Assembly (NCBI RefSeq): GCF_001194135.2
Contig: NC_068991.1
Coordinates: forward strand, 8,555,252-8,587,265
Origin: Octopus bimaculoides
Taxonomy: Eukaryota
Reading direction: 5' to 3'
Length of the DNA: 32,014 nt
A program made the translations under genes and the position numbers. Every line of letters begins with the position of its first letter. The first letter of the stretch is position 1. The notes under the pieces are model-generated. The model was not told the origin of the DNA, did not search any database, and saw only the letters and a program-made list of their open reading frames with translations. Shown one piece after another: positions 9,548 to 20,998 of this stretch.

Positions 9548-9734
9548 NNNNNNNNNNNNNNNNNNNNNNNNNNNNNNNNNNNNNNNNNNNNNNNNNNNNN
9601 NNNNNNNNNNNNNNNNNNNNNNNNNNNNNNNNNNNNNNNNNNNNNNNNNNNNNNNNNNNNNNNNNNNNNNNNNNNNNNNNNNNNNNNNNNNNNNNNNNNN
9701 NNNNNNNNNNNNNNNNNNNNNNNNNNNNNNNNNN
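9548..9734. other. Assembly gap (187 N)
   Basis: Run of N abutting (TA)n. Confidence 1.
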
Positions 9735-9773
<39 letters not shown>

Positions 9774-10302
9774 TCGCACACACATTCATATGCTACATTG
9801 CTGCGCCCTTTATTAAAGACGGTTGGGTGTGATTTAAAGGTAAGTTTGGCTGCTGCCAAAACTGCAAAGAATGTTCCTTGTCACAGAGACGGTGAAGTAT
9901 ATGGGTGTTGGGTTGTTTACTGAAGCAGTTGGGTTAACAGCCAGTGCCAGATCGATAGTGTGGCAGGAAACACTTCTGATGGAGAGAGATATTCTAATGC
10001 GCACCTCAACACCGACTGCAGCAGCAGTAGAAGAAGCAACACCAACATAATCGTCGCCATCACTACCATCTTGACGACCACTGACGACAAGAACACATAA
10101 ACACTACCATCATGACAATAACTACACCAATAACACCATCAACATCATCTGCAACATCCTTCTCTTCACAACCAACAACAACCATCACACCATTATCCTT
10201 AACAACATCACCAAACAAAACAACACTGACATCGCCTCAACGTTGCTATCACCACCAAATAACATCGTTATCAACAACAATAACAATAATAATGATGGTG
10301 GT

Positions 10303-10529
10303 GGTTTCAAATTTTTGGCACAAGGCCAGTAATTTCGGAGGAGGCGGGGGGGGGGCGATTACATCGAACTCCTGTACTCGGCAGGTACATATTTTTCTCA
10401 TCGACCCCCGAAAGGATGAAAGGTAAAGTGGACCTCGGCGGAATTCTCGGACCCAGAACGTAGAGACGGACGAAATGCCGTGCTGCGGATTTTGTCCGGC
10501 GTGCTAACAATTCTACTAGTTCACAGCCT
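10303..10529 (-). mobile_element. SINE family C copy
   Basis: CATCGACCCCCGAAAGGATGAAAGGTAAAGTGGACCTCGGCGGAATT on plus is the reverse complement of the family core. Flanked by (AAT)n. Confidence 0.8.
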
Positions 10530-12533
10530 TTAATAATAATAATAATAATAATAATAACAATGCCCTTATCAGACAGGTAGTCATGATGGGTATAATGGGA
10601 TTCGTATATTTTACCCCAGTGTCGCTTTGATGGCATACCCTGCTCTCTCACTCAATAATAATAATAATTTTTTTGGCCACAAGGGTCGCGAAAACATTTA
10701 GGACAACAGAAAAACAAGGGAGGGTTGGGATTTAAGAAGCACCATCACCATCATTAAATTCATTGTTATGCTTAAGGTATCGCAAATGCCATTACTACCA
10801 CTGCCATGTGCACAACACTATCATCATGAAAACAAACAAACATTTACTAATGTCGTTATATGATAAAACTACCACCATTTACACTAAAGCAACATTAGCG
10901 TTAAGACTGTAACATGAATACCAACCACTAACATCGTTCTAATGATACTAACACCGAAACAGTACCGAAGCTGACATGTACAAAGTAACAGTTAAATATT
11001 TCTTGGATCACACTTTACTGTCATTAAAGAAAAAATGGAAGGACATTGGATAGTGTACTCCTTGAAAAATAAAACAGATCGATCATGGTGGGAATATTCT
11101 TGATCCGAGATTGACTCGCTAAGGATCAACCTAGGCTACCAGCCGAGCCAACAAAGGTGCTTTTAGGTGATTCAGCATGCTGGAAATAGCAACCAAATCT
11201 CCCTTGAATAACATCTTACCGTCTTCTATAAATGCAGAACACGCACACACGTCCCTCCCTAAACGGACAGGGTGGTCCTGGGTAGAATGTCACGATCAGG
11301 ATTGAACTGGTGCTAAACAATAACTAGCTCCAATATTATCACCACCTCTCCAAATGACATTAAGTGGGTAACACAAATATCATATTCTATCTACCTCCAT
11401 CTACATTACCTTTAAGAAATAAGAGCCAAAATCTCCCATAAAGTACAAACTACATCAGACATTTTCAACCACTGACCGCGAGTTTTTTGAGGCGAGTCGT
11501 AATATGTCATGATATTTAGAAAACTTGACTGTTATTTAATGCCCCACACAAGAGCATGTCTATCTCTTTGCTGCAAAGTGCAATGCGTACGACAATCTCT
11601 GTTTTAAAACGATTTCAGTACATGTAAACTTATTTTTTTCAAAGAGCTGGTGTCTAACATTTTAGCGCCTTATACAGTGTGTCATAGATGAAAAAACAAG
11701 ACCCCCCCCCACATCGTTGCTTTGCTCCTCAACAATACAGTAGGAGAGCTACTTGGTATAATATACCTTAAAAATTATGATGGTCATATATGCAATGCCT
11801 TTCATCATAGAACTACTTGATCAGGGCTGACAAACATTTCCAAAAGAAAGGCATTTGTTAAATCCTTCAACTATATATTTATCATTACCAGACGTTCTGA
11901 AAGTTTAGTCTCTATGGAGAGTACTGTGTAGAAAGTAAAAAATATTTAAATATATCCAGTTTGGAGCATTTAAGAAGTCTTTTCAGAATGACCTTTCGTA
12001 TTACAATTTGTAGTCACGGAAAATTCATTAATATTTTGTGAGATAACCAATAAATCGTTTGAATTAAAAGAAAATTTGGTCTATTTTTATTCATCTTCAA
12101 AAGATTCAAGTTTTAAAATATTTTAAACGATCTGGTTGAAAAAATTTACCAAGGCCAAATGAGTAAAAGGATGTTGCGCTAGGAAAGTAATCAAGATATT
12201 TTAACAAGGACTCCAAATTTCAGGCCATACTTCAGTTGAGTAAGGATATGTTTCAAACATTTTAAACAAAAAGTTTTGTTTCGTGACCGTAAAAGAGCTA
12301 AATCAAATGCATCATTAAAAAACCTTTCACGGTGAATTTAGCATAAAAAACTTCAAATCGCAAAGTACAATAATTCCTAGGTCAGAGCTGTTCTAAACAG
12401 TTGGGATTTCAGTCTCATTCAAGAAAAAGGTTTAAGTATTAACATTTCCTAAATCAAGATGTAAAATCGAAAATCTTTTTTCACAGCCAAAGAAAACTAC
12501 ACCCCTGCAACCCATGAGCACATTCACTATAGA

Positions 12534-12847
12534 TCAACCATTTTTTTTTTTACCTATGGACTGGGACCCCTTTGATTACTATTTTATTCTGGTGGATCCC
12601 CATCGCCATTTGATGTTTAAAAACTAGTTTCATAGAAACTTCTTTCAAAACTTCTATTTCATTTTCCACACATTAACTTGTGTAGGTTGAACTATGGAAA
12701 ATGTTAGACAAAGAAACCTAGCTGTTTCTTGCAATACATTCATCTAAAGCATTTTTTTTCAGGGGCTCTTAAAATACTATTGTGGATCTCCTATTTATTA
12801 TTATGGACCCCCAAAAATCTTATATGGGCCCCGGTTGAGAATCACTG
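12534..12847. mobile_element. Second copy of the hAT MITE, left TIR truncated
   Basis: Collinear with 8595-8889. Ends GGTTGAGAATCACTG; only TCAACC of the left TIR remains. Confidence 0.85.
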
Positions 12848-13046
12848 CTTTTGATCAACGTTTAGGTTTATACTGGCCGAATTTCTATAAGCAGATGTAT
12901 AAGTATGCATCTGTATAAATTTTTTAGCTGTGGCAAATCATTGATATAAATTAAGAGAGAATTGACTATAATATTCCTTTGGCTAGATTTTGGGCACTTT
13001 TTGGAGCAATGGAACAAACAGGAGTTCCACCCGATCATCCAGGAAT

Positions 13047-13112
13047 ACAAGTGCATCTGGCTTTTATAACAAGTGCATCTGGCTTTTACAACAAGTGCAT
13101 CTGGCTTCTGCA
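13047..13112. repeat. 22-bp tandem repeat x3
   Basis: ACAAGTGCATCTGGCTTTTATA / ...TTTTACA / ...TTCTGCA. Confidence 0.95.
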
Positions 13113-15197
13113 GCATCTACATTAGACTTTTACAATGAATGCAGCTGCTTTCTGCAAGAAGAGTAGGTGGTTTCTACAAGTGCAAGTTGTTTCTGTTCCT
13201 CTGGATTGTCTTATCACCATGAGTTTGCAAACCAGCAAAACAAGAAGCAACAACCGTCAAATAACATGATAAAAAAAGAGAGAAGATATATAACATTCCT
13301 GTGGTGGGAAGTTTGATATATGTGCTGTGTGATGGTCACGAGAGCCAGGCAATTCAGTGAAGTTAGGGATTTAACGAAGGAGCAGTTGAATAAATAGGGC
13401 GATTGAACGAATACACATCGGACTCATTATTCATTAGCCCCCACAAAGGCTGCTCTGCTGCACTCCAGATATAACTAGAAAAAAAAAACTAGAGGAACAA
13501 TCTTAATTGATTCCTACTTCCAAATATGTTTTTTTAAAAAAAATTATATATAACTATTTTGAACAATTTCTCACCATTGCCACCACCAAATATTATGAAA
13601 ATAAACACTTGTGCAACCAACATCATCACTATTGTTACCTATATATATTTTTTTTTACATTGATACAAGTTTTTACATTTGCAGATGGGGGCGGGTGTGC
13701 ATTATTAATCGAGAAAATCGACTCCAAAGATGAAGACAAGGTCACACTCGGCGAAAGTGTAACTCTGAATTTAGTCATGAAATTACTTAGGTATTTAATT
13801 CAATGCTCAACCGTCTCTACAATTCTGTCGCTGTCTATCAATTTACGGTAAACGATAAATAATGATGTATGACATAAGTACAAGGTCACAAAATCTGGGA
13901 GAGGAGGCTGCAGTCGATCAGATCGATCTCAGTACTCGATCGATATTGTATTTTAACGACCTCGGAGAGATGAAATCAAAGTTGACTGTGGCGGTGTTCG
14001 AACTTCAGAACACGAAGGGACGCAACTAAATAATACTACAATGAATTTTGCACGACGCTCAACCGATTCTGCCAATAATAATAATTAAAAAAAGCAGTAA
14101 AAAAAACAAAATACGCATAAAGCTACAAATTTTGAGGGAGGGATTAGTAGATTAGATTGAGCCCTGTACGTGATGGTACTTATTTTATGACCCCTCCTCC
14201 GCCTACCAGAAGGCTGAAAGACGAAATCGACTTCGGTGGAATTAGAACCCAGACTGTAAAGGGCTGAAAGTAAATATCGACGTTCGAACAAATCTGCATT
14301 CCACCGCTTTAATATCATTAAATACTCCAAAAAACACAACAGACTACCATTCCATCTTTAGCATCATCACTCGCATCACCACCACAGCCATCCTACAACT
14401 ACAACAAGTAATTCCAATACGACAATCATAGCATCGGAATACCGCACACCCACCGACAGTAACATCACATCGCCTACGATCGCCATAGCATCGAGAACAT
14501 CAGATTTCAACCACACGTTCGTTCCATTATCATCACCGCAATATAGAGATATATATATGTGTATATATAAATCACAGCCTGTATCAATAAATAACAGCAC
14601 CAACATACTTTATCTCTGTCGCTATTACAAACACTGACTTCGTAACATCATCACTACCAACAACAACAACAATACCAGCACGAACACCAACATTATCACG
14701 AATATTACAATTTCACAATAACATCACAATCAGAATCGCATATAAAAAAAATCTTGATCAACATCAAATCAACACCATCATAATTCGCTATCGCTCCCAC
14801 CACAATAACACTTTAAAACAAAACACCAGCACCATTTTATCATTGCCAAAACCACAGAAAAATCACTGCTGATATCAACATCATATCATCAACGAAGTAT
14901 CAATAATGCCAACCCCATCCATCCGTTCCCACTTCTCCTGCCCCCTATTATATTTACTATCCACACCAACATCACCACCACCATAAACAACCAACCACAT
15001 CAATAACACCACCACCACCACCACCATCGCTGCAATATCAGTTATAACATTACAACCTGTCTCCCCCACCGCCCAACAGTGACATTACATCACAAACAAC
15101 GACAAATAAGCGAAAATCCTTTCCATTCTTAGCATTCTTGCTATTCTTTATTATTGTACCAAAAGGTGGGCTAGGGCCACGTAGATAGCGGGAGATT

Positions 15198-15199
<2 letters not shown>

Positions 15200-15228
<29 letters not shown>

Positions 15229-15373
15229 CAATGAAAATATTTCAATACAAATGTATTAATTTCCAGCAAAATAAAGCCCTATAAATATTGGTGCCTTGTT
15301 GTTCCACTCTTCTGAATTTATATATATATATGTATATACACACATTATCACTGAATTTATATATATATATATA

Positions 15374-15404
<31 letters not shown>

Positions 15405-15575
15405 CAATGAAAATATTTCAATACAAATGTATTAATTTCCAGCAAAATAAAGCCCTATAAATATTGGTGCCTTGTTGTTCCACTCTTCTGAATTTATATA
15501 TATATATGTATATACACACATTATCACTGAATTTATATATATATATATATGTACATATATATATATATATATATA
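15200..15575. repeat. ~176-bp tandem duplication bounded by (TA)n
   Basis: CAATGAAAATATTTCAATAC...CATTATCACTGAATT starts at both 15229 and 15405. The non-microsatellite parts appear identical. Confidence 0.9.
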
Positions 15576-15638
15576 TAAATATATGCACACACATATATAT
15601 GGATATACATATATATACAAATATATACATATTCATAT

Positions 15639-15669
<31 letters not shown>

Positions 15670-16566
15670 TATATATATACCTATCTCTTTATACATATAT
15701 ACACATATATTGCCTATATATATATACATACATACATTTATATATACAAATGTGTGTATGTGTGTGTGTGTGTGTATACATCAGTTCAGATAATTATAAA
15801 TTTGAGTTGAAATTTCGTTTGGGTTTCATCCCTTAAGGGTTAACATAACAATTGTAGAAATAAAACGCGATCTCTTAAACTGACTACGCAGCCACCAACA
15901 GCAGTTGTTGGCCTTGTACTTACCTAGGAAAAAGAAGAAGAAAAAGGAAACTAGTCATCCTTCACCTCCATATCATCACCGTTCTTCGTTATAATTGAAA
16001 TCTTAATCATTTTCTTCAAGAACCACTTGAAGATAAGAGTGAGGGTAGAGGGAGGGGCCCTTGCCTCAAATATATTTTATGAAAGGTTTGATAAGAATGA
16101 TACATTTGCTTGGCTAAACAGCCCTACCGTAAACTTATGCAGCAAGTAGGTTGGTAGCAACAACTGGAAGGAGGTACCTGCTTTCAGAGTACCAAGGTAA
16201 TAACAGGGTTCTGTATGGAGAGCCCGGAATTACTTTATGCAGTTGCCCAGGCACCATTTGGGCGGGGGAGTTTGGAGGATTCTTTCGTGTTACTACGGTT
16301 ATATATTTATTGCTTTGTTATGGTGGATCTCGCCGTTTTTTACTCCATGTAATTCACTTGTTTGTCGTTTTCTTCGCCATTTCGCCTTTGACCCGAGCCC
16401 AACGTCTTGGGTTCTTGTGGCCAATAAAAGAAATATTTATTGCTGTTGTTGTTATGTCGGAATAAAATGACTTACAAAACCGAAGAGGTGTTTTCTTTGA
16501 AAGAAAAAAAAACAAACAAACAGAAAAATGACAAGGCTAAAATTTGCTTTAAACATGTATTTCGAT

Positions 16567-16748
16567 ATATATGCATATAAATATATATAAATATATATAT
16601 ATGTATGCATATAAATATATACCTATATATATGCATATAAATATATACCTATATATATATGCATATAAATATATACCTATATATATATGCATATAAATAT
16701 ATACCTATATATATATGCATATAAATATATATATTCATGTATATATTC
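16567..16748. repeat. AT-rich ~26-28-bp minisatellite (ATATATGCATATAAATATATACCTAT)n
   Basis: Several near-identical units running into the 10-N gap. Confidence 0.9.
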
Positions 16749-16758
16749 NNNNNNNNNN
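16749..16758. other. Assembly gap (10 N)
   Basis: Run of N inside an AT-rich minisatellite. Confidence 1.
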
Positions 16759-17053
16759 TATATGCATACATATATATATGCATACATATACATGTATATA
16801 TATGCATGTATATATATGCATACATATATACACATATATATGTATATATATGCATGCATTTATATGTATATATATGTGTGTGTGTATTTATGTATCAATA
16901 TATATATATATATTGATACATAAATATTGATGCCGTAAACATCCAACTTACCATGCCATTAGCTAAAAAAAACTTTATATCCTTAATGAAATAATGAAAT
17001 AAACAACTACAAGGAACAATTTACACACACACTATATATATATATATATTATA

Positions 17054-17088
<35 letters not shown>

Positions 17089-17301
17089 AACCATCAGTAA
17101 TACGTAGAGATACGCGGCGTATATACCACCATCATTTATATGCAGCGAAACGGGAGAGAAGGGTAGAAAGAGGTGATGGTAAAAGAAACAAGCCTCATCA
17201 TCTCAGCATAAAATGAATATAAACAAACAGCAGTGAATGAATGAACGTTACAAAAACAACAGGTTTCTTTAAAAGCTTCCTCCAGAAAATAAACAACCTA
17301 C

Positions 17302-17497
17302 CGAGTAGAACTTTCCAAACATCGAGTCTATAGACTGAGGGTAAAGGAAATTTCAACACGAACAGTTTTAATTTCTCTATGTCGACACGTTCTTCCTTGA
17401 GAAAAGACTCGATGTACTTCTTCGATTCCACTGCAGCGGACATGCCAAATTTATTATAGAAATACACGCGGAAATTTCGATCCTTTTCGTCTGCCAT
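17302..17497 (-). CDS. TBC1D7: TBC1 domain family member 7, coding exon 1 (196 nt)
   Basis: Encodes MADEKDRNFRVYFYNKFGMSAAVESKKYIESFLKEERVDIEKLKLFVLKFPLPSVYRLDVWKVLLG, matching the recalled TBC1D7 N-terminus (human ...QRNFRSVYYEKVGF...FPLPSMYRALVWKVLLG). ATG is in an ACCATGG Kozak context. Donor G|GTAGGT, phase 1. Confidence 0.96.
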
Positions 17498-18531
17498 GGT
17501 GAGGAAATAACAGCTCGTAGAAACCAGATTTCAAAGTCCGTAATAAGATTTATATACAATATTATATATATATATGTATGTATATATATATGTGTGTGTA
17601 TGTGTGTGTAATCGAAATCAATCAATTAGTTGAAGAACTGATGCGTCGATATGGCGCAGTGTTTAAAGAGAAAGCCAAATTTTCTGTGCCACCTTTCGAT
17701 TTATTATTATTTTCGCAGCGAGCACTTCTTTCATGGTTCCAGCAAGTTTCCGCACAACGTTTGTCAGAATTGATGTAGCAGCCTTTTTACTTTCGTATAA
17801 AATCAATTATAGGCTGTCTTCTTCTTTAGTTATAAGTTGATTAATTTCGTCTGTATAAATAATAACGATGTTTTCTACATTTCTTGAATTTAATTCAAAT
17901 GGGTGCATTCATAAAAATTTTTCCGGCGCATAAATACGATGTGATTGAAAAGAAACAATATTGACAAAAGCGAAAGCGAGAGAAAGACAAAAGAGAAATG
18001 AAAAAATATAGATGAAGAGAGGGTAAGCAAAAAGAAAGAGACTAAGAGTGAAAGAGGGGGAAGAAGAGAGTGACAAAGACAGAAACAAAGAGAGAGAGAG
18101 GTAGAGGACAGTGACAGAGAGAGGCAGTGATAAAGTGAGGGAGAGGAAGAGCTATAGAGAGGCAGAAGCAGAGTGACAGAGAGAGGCAGTGACAGAGTGA
18201 GTGAGAGATACAGAAACAAAGCGACAGAGAAAGGCAAAGACAGAGAGAGGGGAAAAAGTGAAGCAAAGATAGAGTGCGAGAGAGAGAGAGAACCTGAGTG
18301 AGAGACAGAAACTGAGTGAGAGAGAAAAGAAGGGGAGGGAGGACGAGGAAGAGAGAAAACTCAATTTAATAGCCGCCAGCTTATTTACAACAGCAGAATG
18401 CGTTGCTCCGAGCACCTGAGAGATAGTAGAGTATAGTGGTAGATCTGTCTAACGCACAGCGATTGCAAGCAGCTCAATATATGAAGTTATTTCTACGGGA
18501 AGCCTAACTTGTCTTTTACTGTGTTCTAACA
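17498..18531. promoter_or_regulatory. Putative bidirectional promoter and 5' UTR region
   Basis: About 1035 bp between the two divergent ATGs. No recognisable SINE/MITE, locally elevated CpG, and a GA-rich block at about 17975-18358. Confidence 0.45.
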
Positions 18532-18665
18532 ATGTCTGTGAAACCACCTTCACCACTGCAAGTGGTCGTATACAATGAAATTCCTCCTCCCAAAGAATCC
18601 GTCGCTAGTGGTACCCCTCCTAAAACCTCCGACGTTGTGGAATCGTTGCGAAGTGCTTTCTCCAG
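18532..18665 (+). CDS. Probable first coding exon of an unidentified divergent gene
   Basis: ATG with A at -3, 44 open codons MSVKPPSPLQVVVYNEIPPPKESVASGTPPKTSDVVESLRSAFS, then a consensus donor CAG|GTGAGT (phase 2). Unique sequence, higher GC/CpG than the flanks. No downstream exon identified. Confidence 0.6.
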
Positions 18666-19527
18666 GTGAGTACAATAGAAAGCTATTTACCAAACAGCCT
18701 ATCACTATAAAAATATATTATATTTTTTTTTAAATCACATACTCCGTACCACATACATTGACCCAGCGAGAGAGAGTCTGTGTGGGCGTTCGACCTCCTA
18801 GAATTAGCAAGTCAAATCGCACCCTTTTATAAAAAAAAAAAAAAAGCACACGTTAGATAATGTAGTTTGGGGTTCCTTACAAACCGGGAAAAGACGGTAT
18901 TGAGACAACTGGAATGTCTTTTAGACCCGTTCGATGAAGTATGACTGGGGACTAAACAGCAGCCCCAAACCTCACCTATATGCACCTATAAAGAGCTGTC
19001 AAAATAGTCCTAGGTAAAAACCCCACTGTTTAACGACGAATGTTTCCTTGACCTGCAGTAAGAACTTCACATTTCCCTGTATTGCTTGAAGTCATTAGAT
19101 TTTGATACATCCACCGCCTCTCCCACCACTTTTAAAACCTTTATTTCATTGATCAAAACACTATTCTTTTATCTAGTTATTTATATTTATAATTTATTTA
19201 ATAACTAATTGAAAGATATTTCCTCTGCAAATGTGCTCCCAAAATAGCCGGACAGTATCGCTTTTTTTTTTTTTTTGCCACAATATCTTCTCGTAAATAA
19301 ATTAGAGTAAATTTAAGTATATTCAAAGAGATTGTACCAGTGTCTAGGCCTTAAAAAATAAACGAAAAGTCAACATGACACTTTTGACGAGATAACTGAG
19401 TTGATCGTCTTTGTGGGCACCAATCCTTTTGATAGTAAGCAAGCGTTAAGGTCCTAAATCTGTATTTCATTAAATGAAAACCTGAAGGTATTATTCTCTT
19501 TTCGACACGCACACGCGCGTATCACAA

Positions 19528-19624
19528 GATGAGTGGTGGCAGTGACTTCGAAGTTTCGGGCCTGTTGGCCTTCAACCAACGAAGGTTTGCTGGTTGAAAC
19601 TTCGAAGTCACTGTGATCGCTATC
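19528..19624 (+). ncRNA. Candidate structured RNA / pri-miRNA-like hairpin
   Basis: 18-bp perfect stem (19540-19557 with 19596-19613), extended on both sides to about 42 pairs on the plus strand, with a 7-nt loop. No expression evidence. Confidence 0.35.
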
Positions 19625-19906
19625 AGTAAATGAGTTCTCTTCACAAAAAGTATTGAGTTTAATCTAAAATTGTTTCTATTTATAGCTCAACATAAAAACA
19701 AACAAAATGTATGATGCTTCCTCATTTAAGTACAATTTGGTTAAGCGAACGTCGCTCATATCGCATCCTTCGTATCTTCTCAATAGATTGTAAATACAAA
19801 CCAGATACTTGCAGATCATTAAATGTCCTTACAAATCACCTGGACCCGGATACACAGCACAAAAAGTGCACGCAAAATATTTGTTCGAACACTCACTTGC
19901 CAAATG

Positions 19907-19939
<33 letters not shown>

Positions 19940-20106
19940 TAACCTGCATGATATATGTAGTGAAAACTGAATGTGCGTGACTAGTTCTTCGCTACTTTGG
20001 GGGCTGCTGTCAGATAAATTCTCGGATAAGTTGGACCATAATAGCTAATGTTTATCCGGGAATGGGATGACGTCTGTTTACAATATAATATATATATATG
20101 TATGTA

Positions 20107-20203
<97 letters not shown>

Positions 20204-20964
20204 GTGTGTGTGTGTGTGTGTATGAGAGAAAGAGATAACACAAGCAAAACGCATATTGAGTATGTGACATCGGTAATGTTTACATTATTAGAGTCTCTTT
20301 CAAGTGCTTTAATCGGCATACTACCAAGTGTATACCCAAGGTTTAAACAACTCCTTATATATAATGTATGGATATATATGTCGCCGAACAGCTCTTGCTG
20401 AAACGAATCTTTGATACACCAAATATTCTTGAAGATATCACGTTCAAAACCCGCTAAAAAGGTGTTGCCCAACACTTTAAAAGCCCTTATTTTCAAGAAA
20501 ACTTTCATTTATTTCCTTTTCCCGTATTAATTCTCTGACTGATACCTCATGGGTAAAGCTCTACTATTACTGTATTATATTTCCTTTTAAAAATGTTGGA
20601 AAACTCGATATGTATAAATATTTATTCAGTCGTTTTAAATTGTGTTAAACTTGTGCGTATAAATGAGCTACTTAGTGTGTGTGTGTGTCTGTCTGTGCGC
20701 TTGCATCTACAGAATTTCGTCTAAAAATGGTTATAGAAAGAAACAGAAAAATAATTTTTTTGTTTTGTTTTAACCGGTTATAGTTGTATCTGATATATAA
20801 TATCGTGTGTGTAGTAGACGACTAGCTGTATTTAAATTAACTTCATTACTAGCCGCCCAGAAAACGCATAATAATAATAATAATAAATATAAGTTCTTTA
20901 ACACCAGGCCATTCCTGATCCAGGAGAGCTATGGACAAAGACATTCCATACGTGACAAACACAT

Positions 20965-20998
<34 letters not shown>

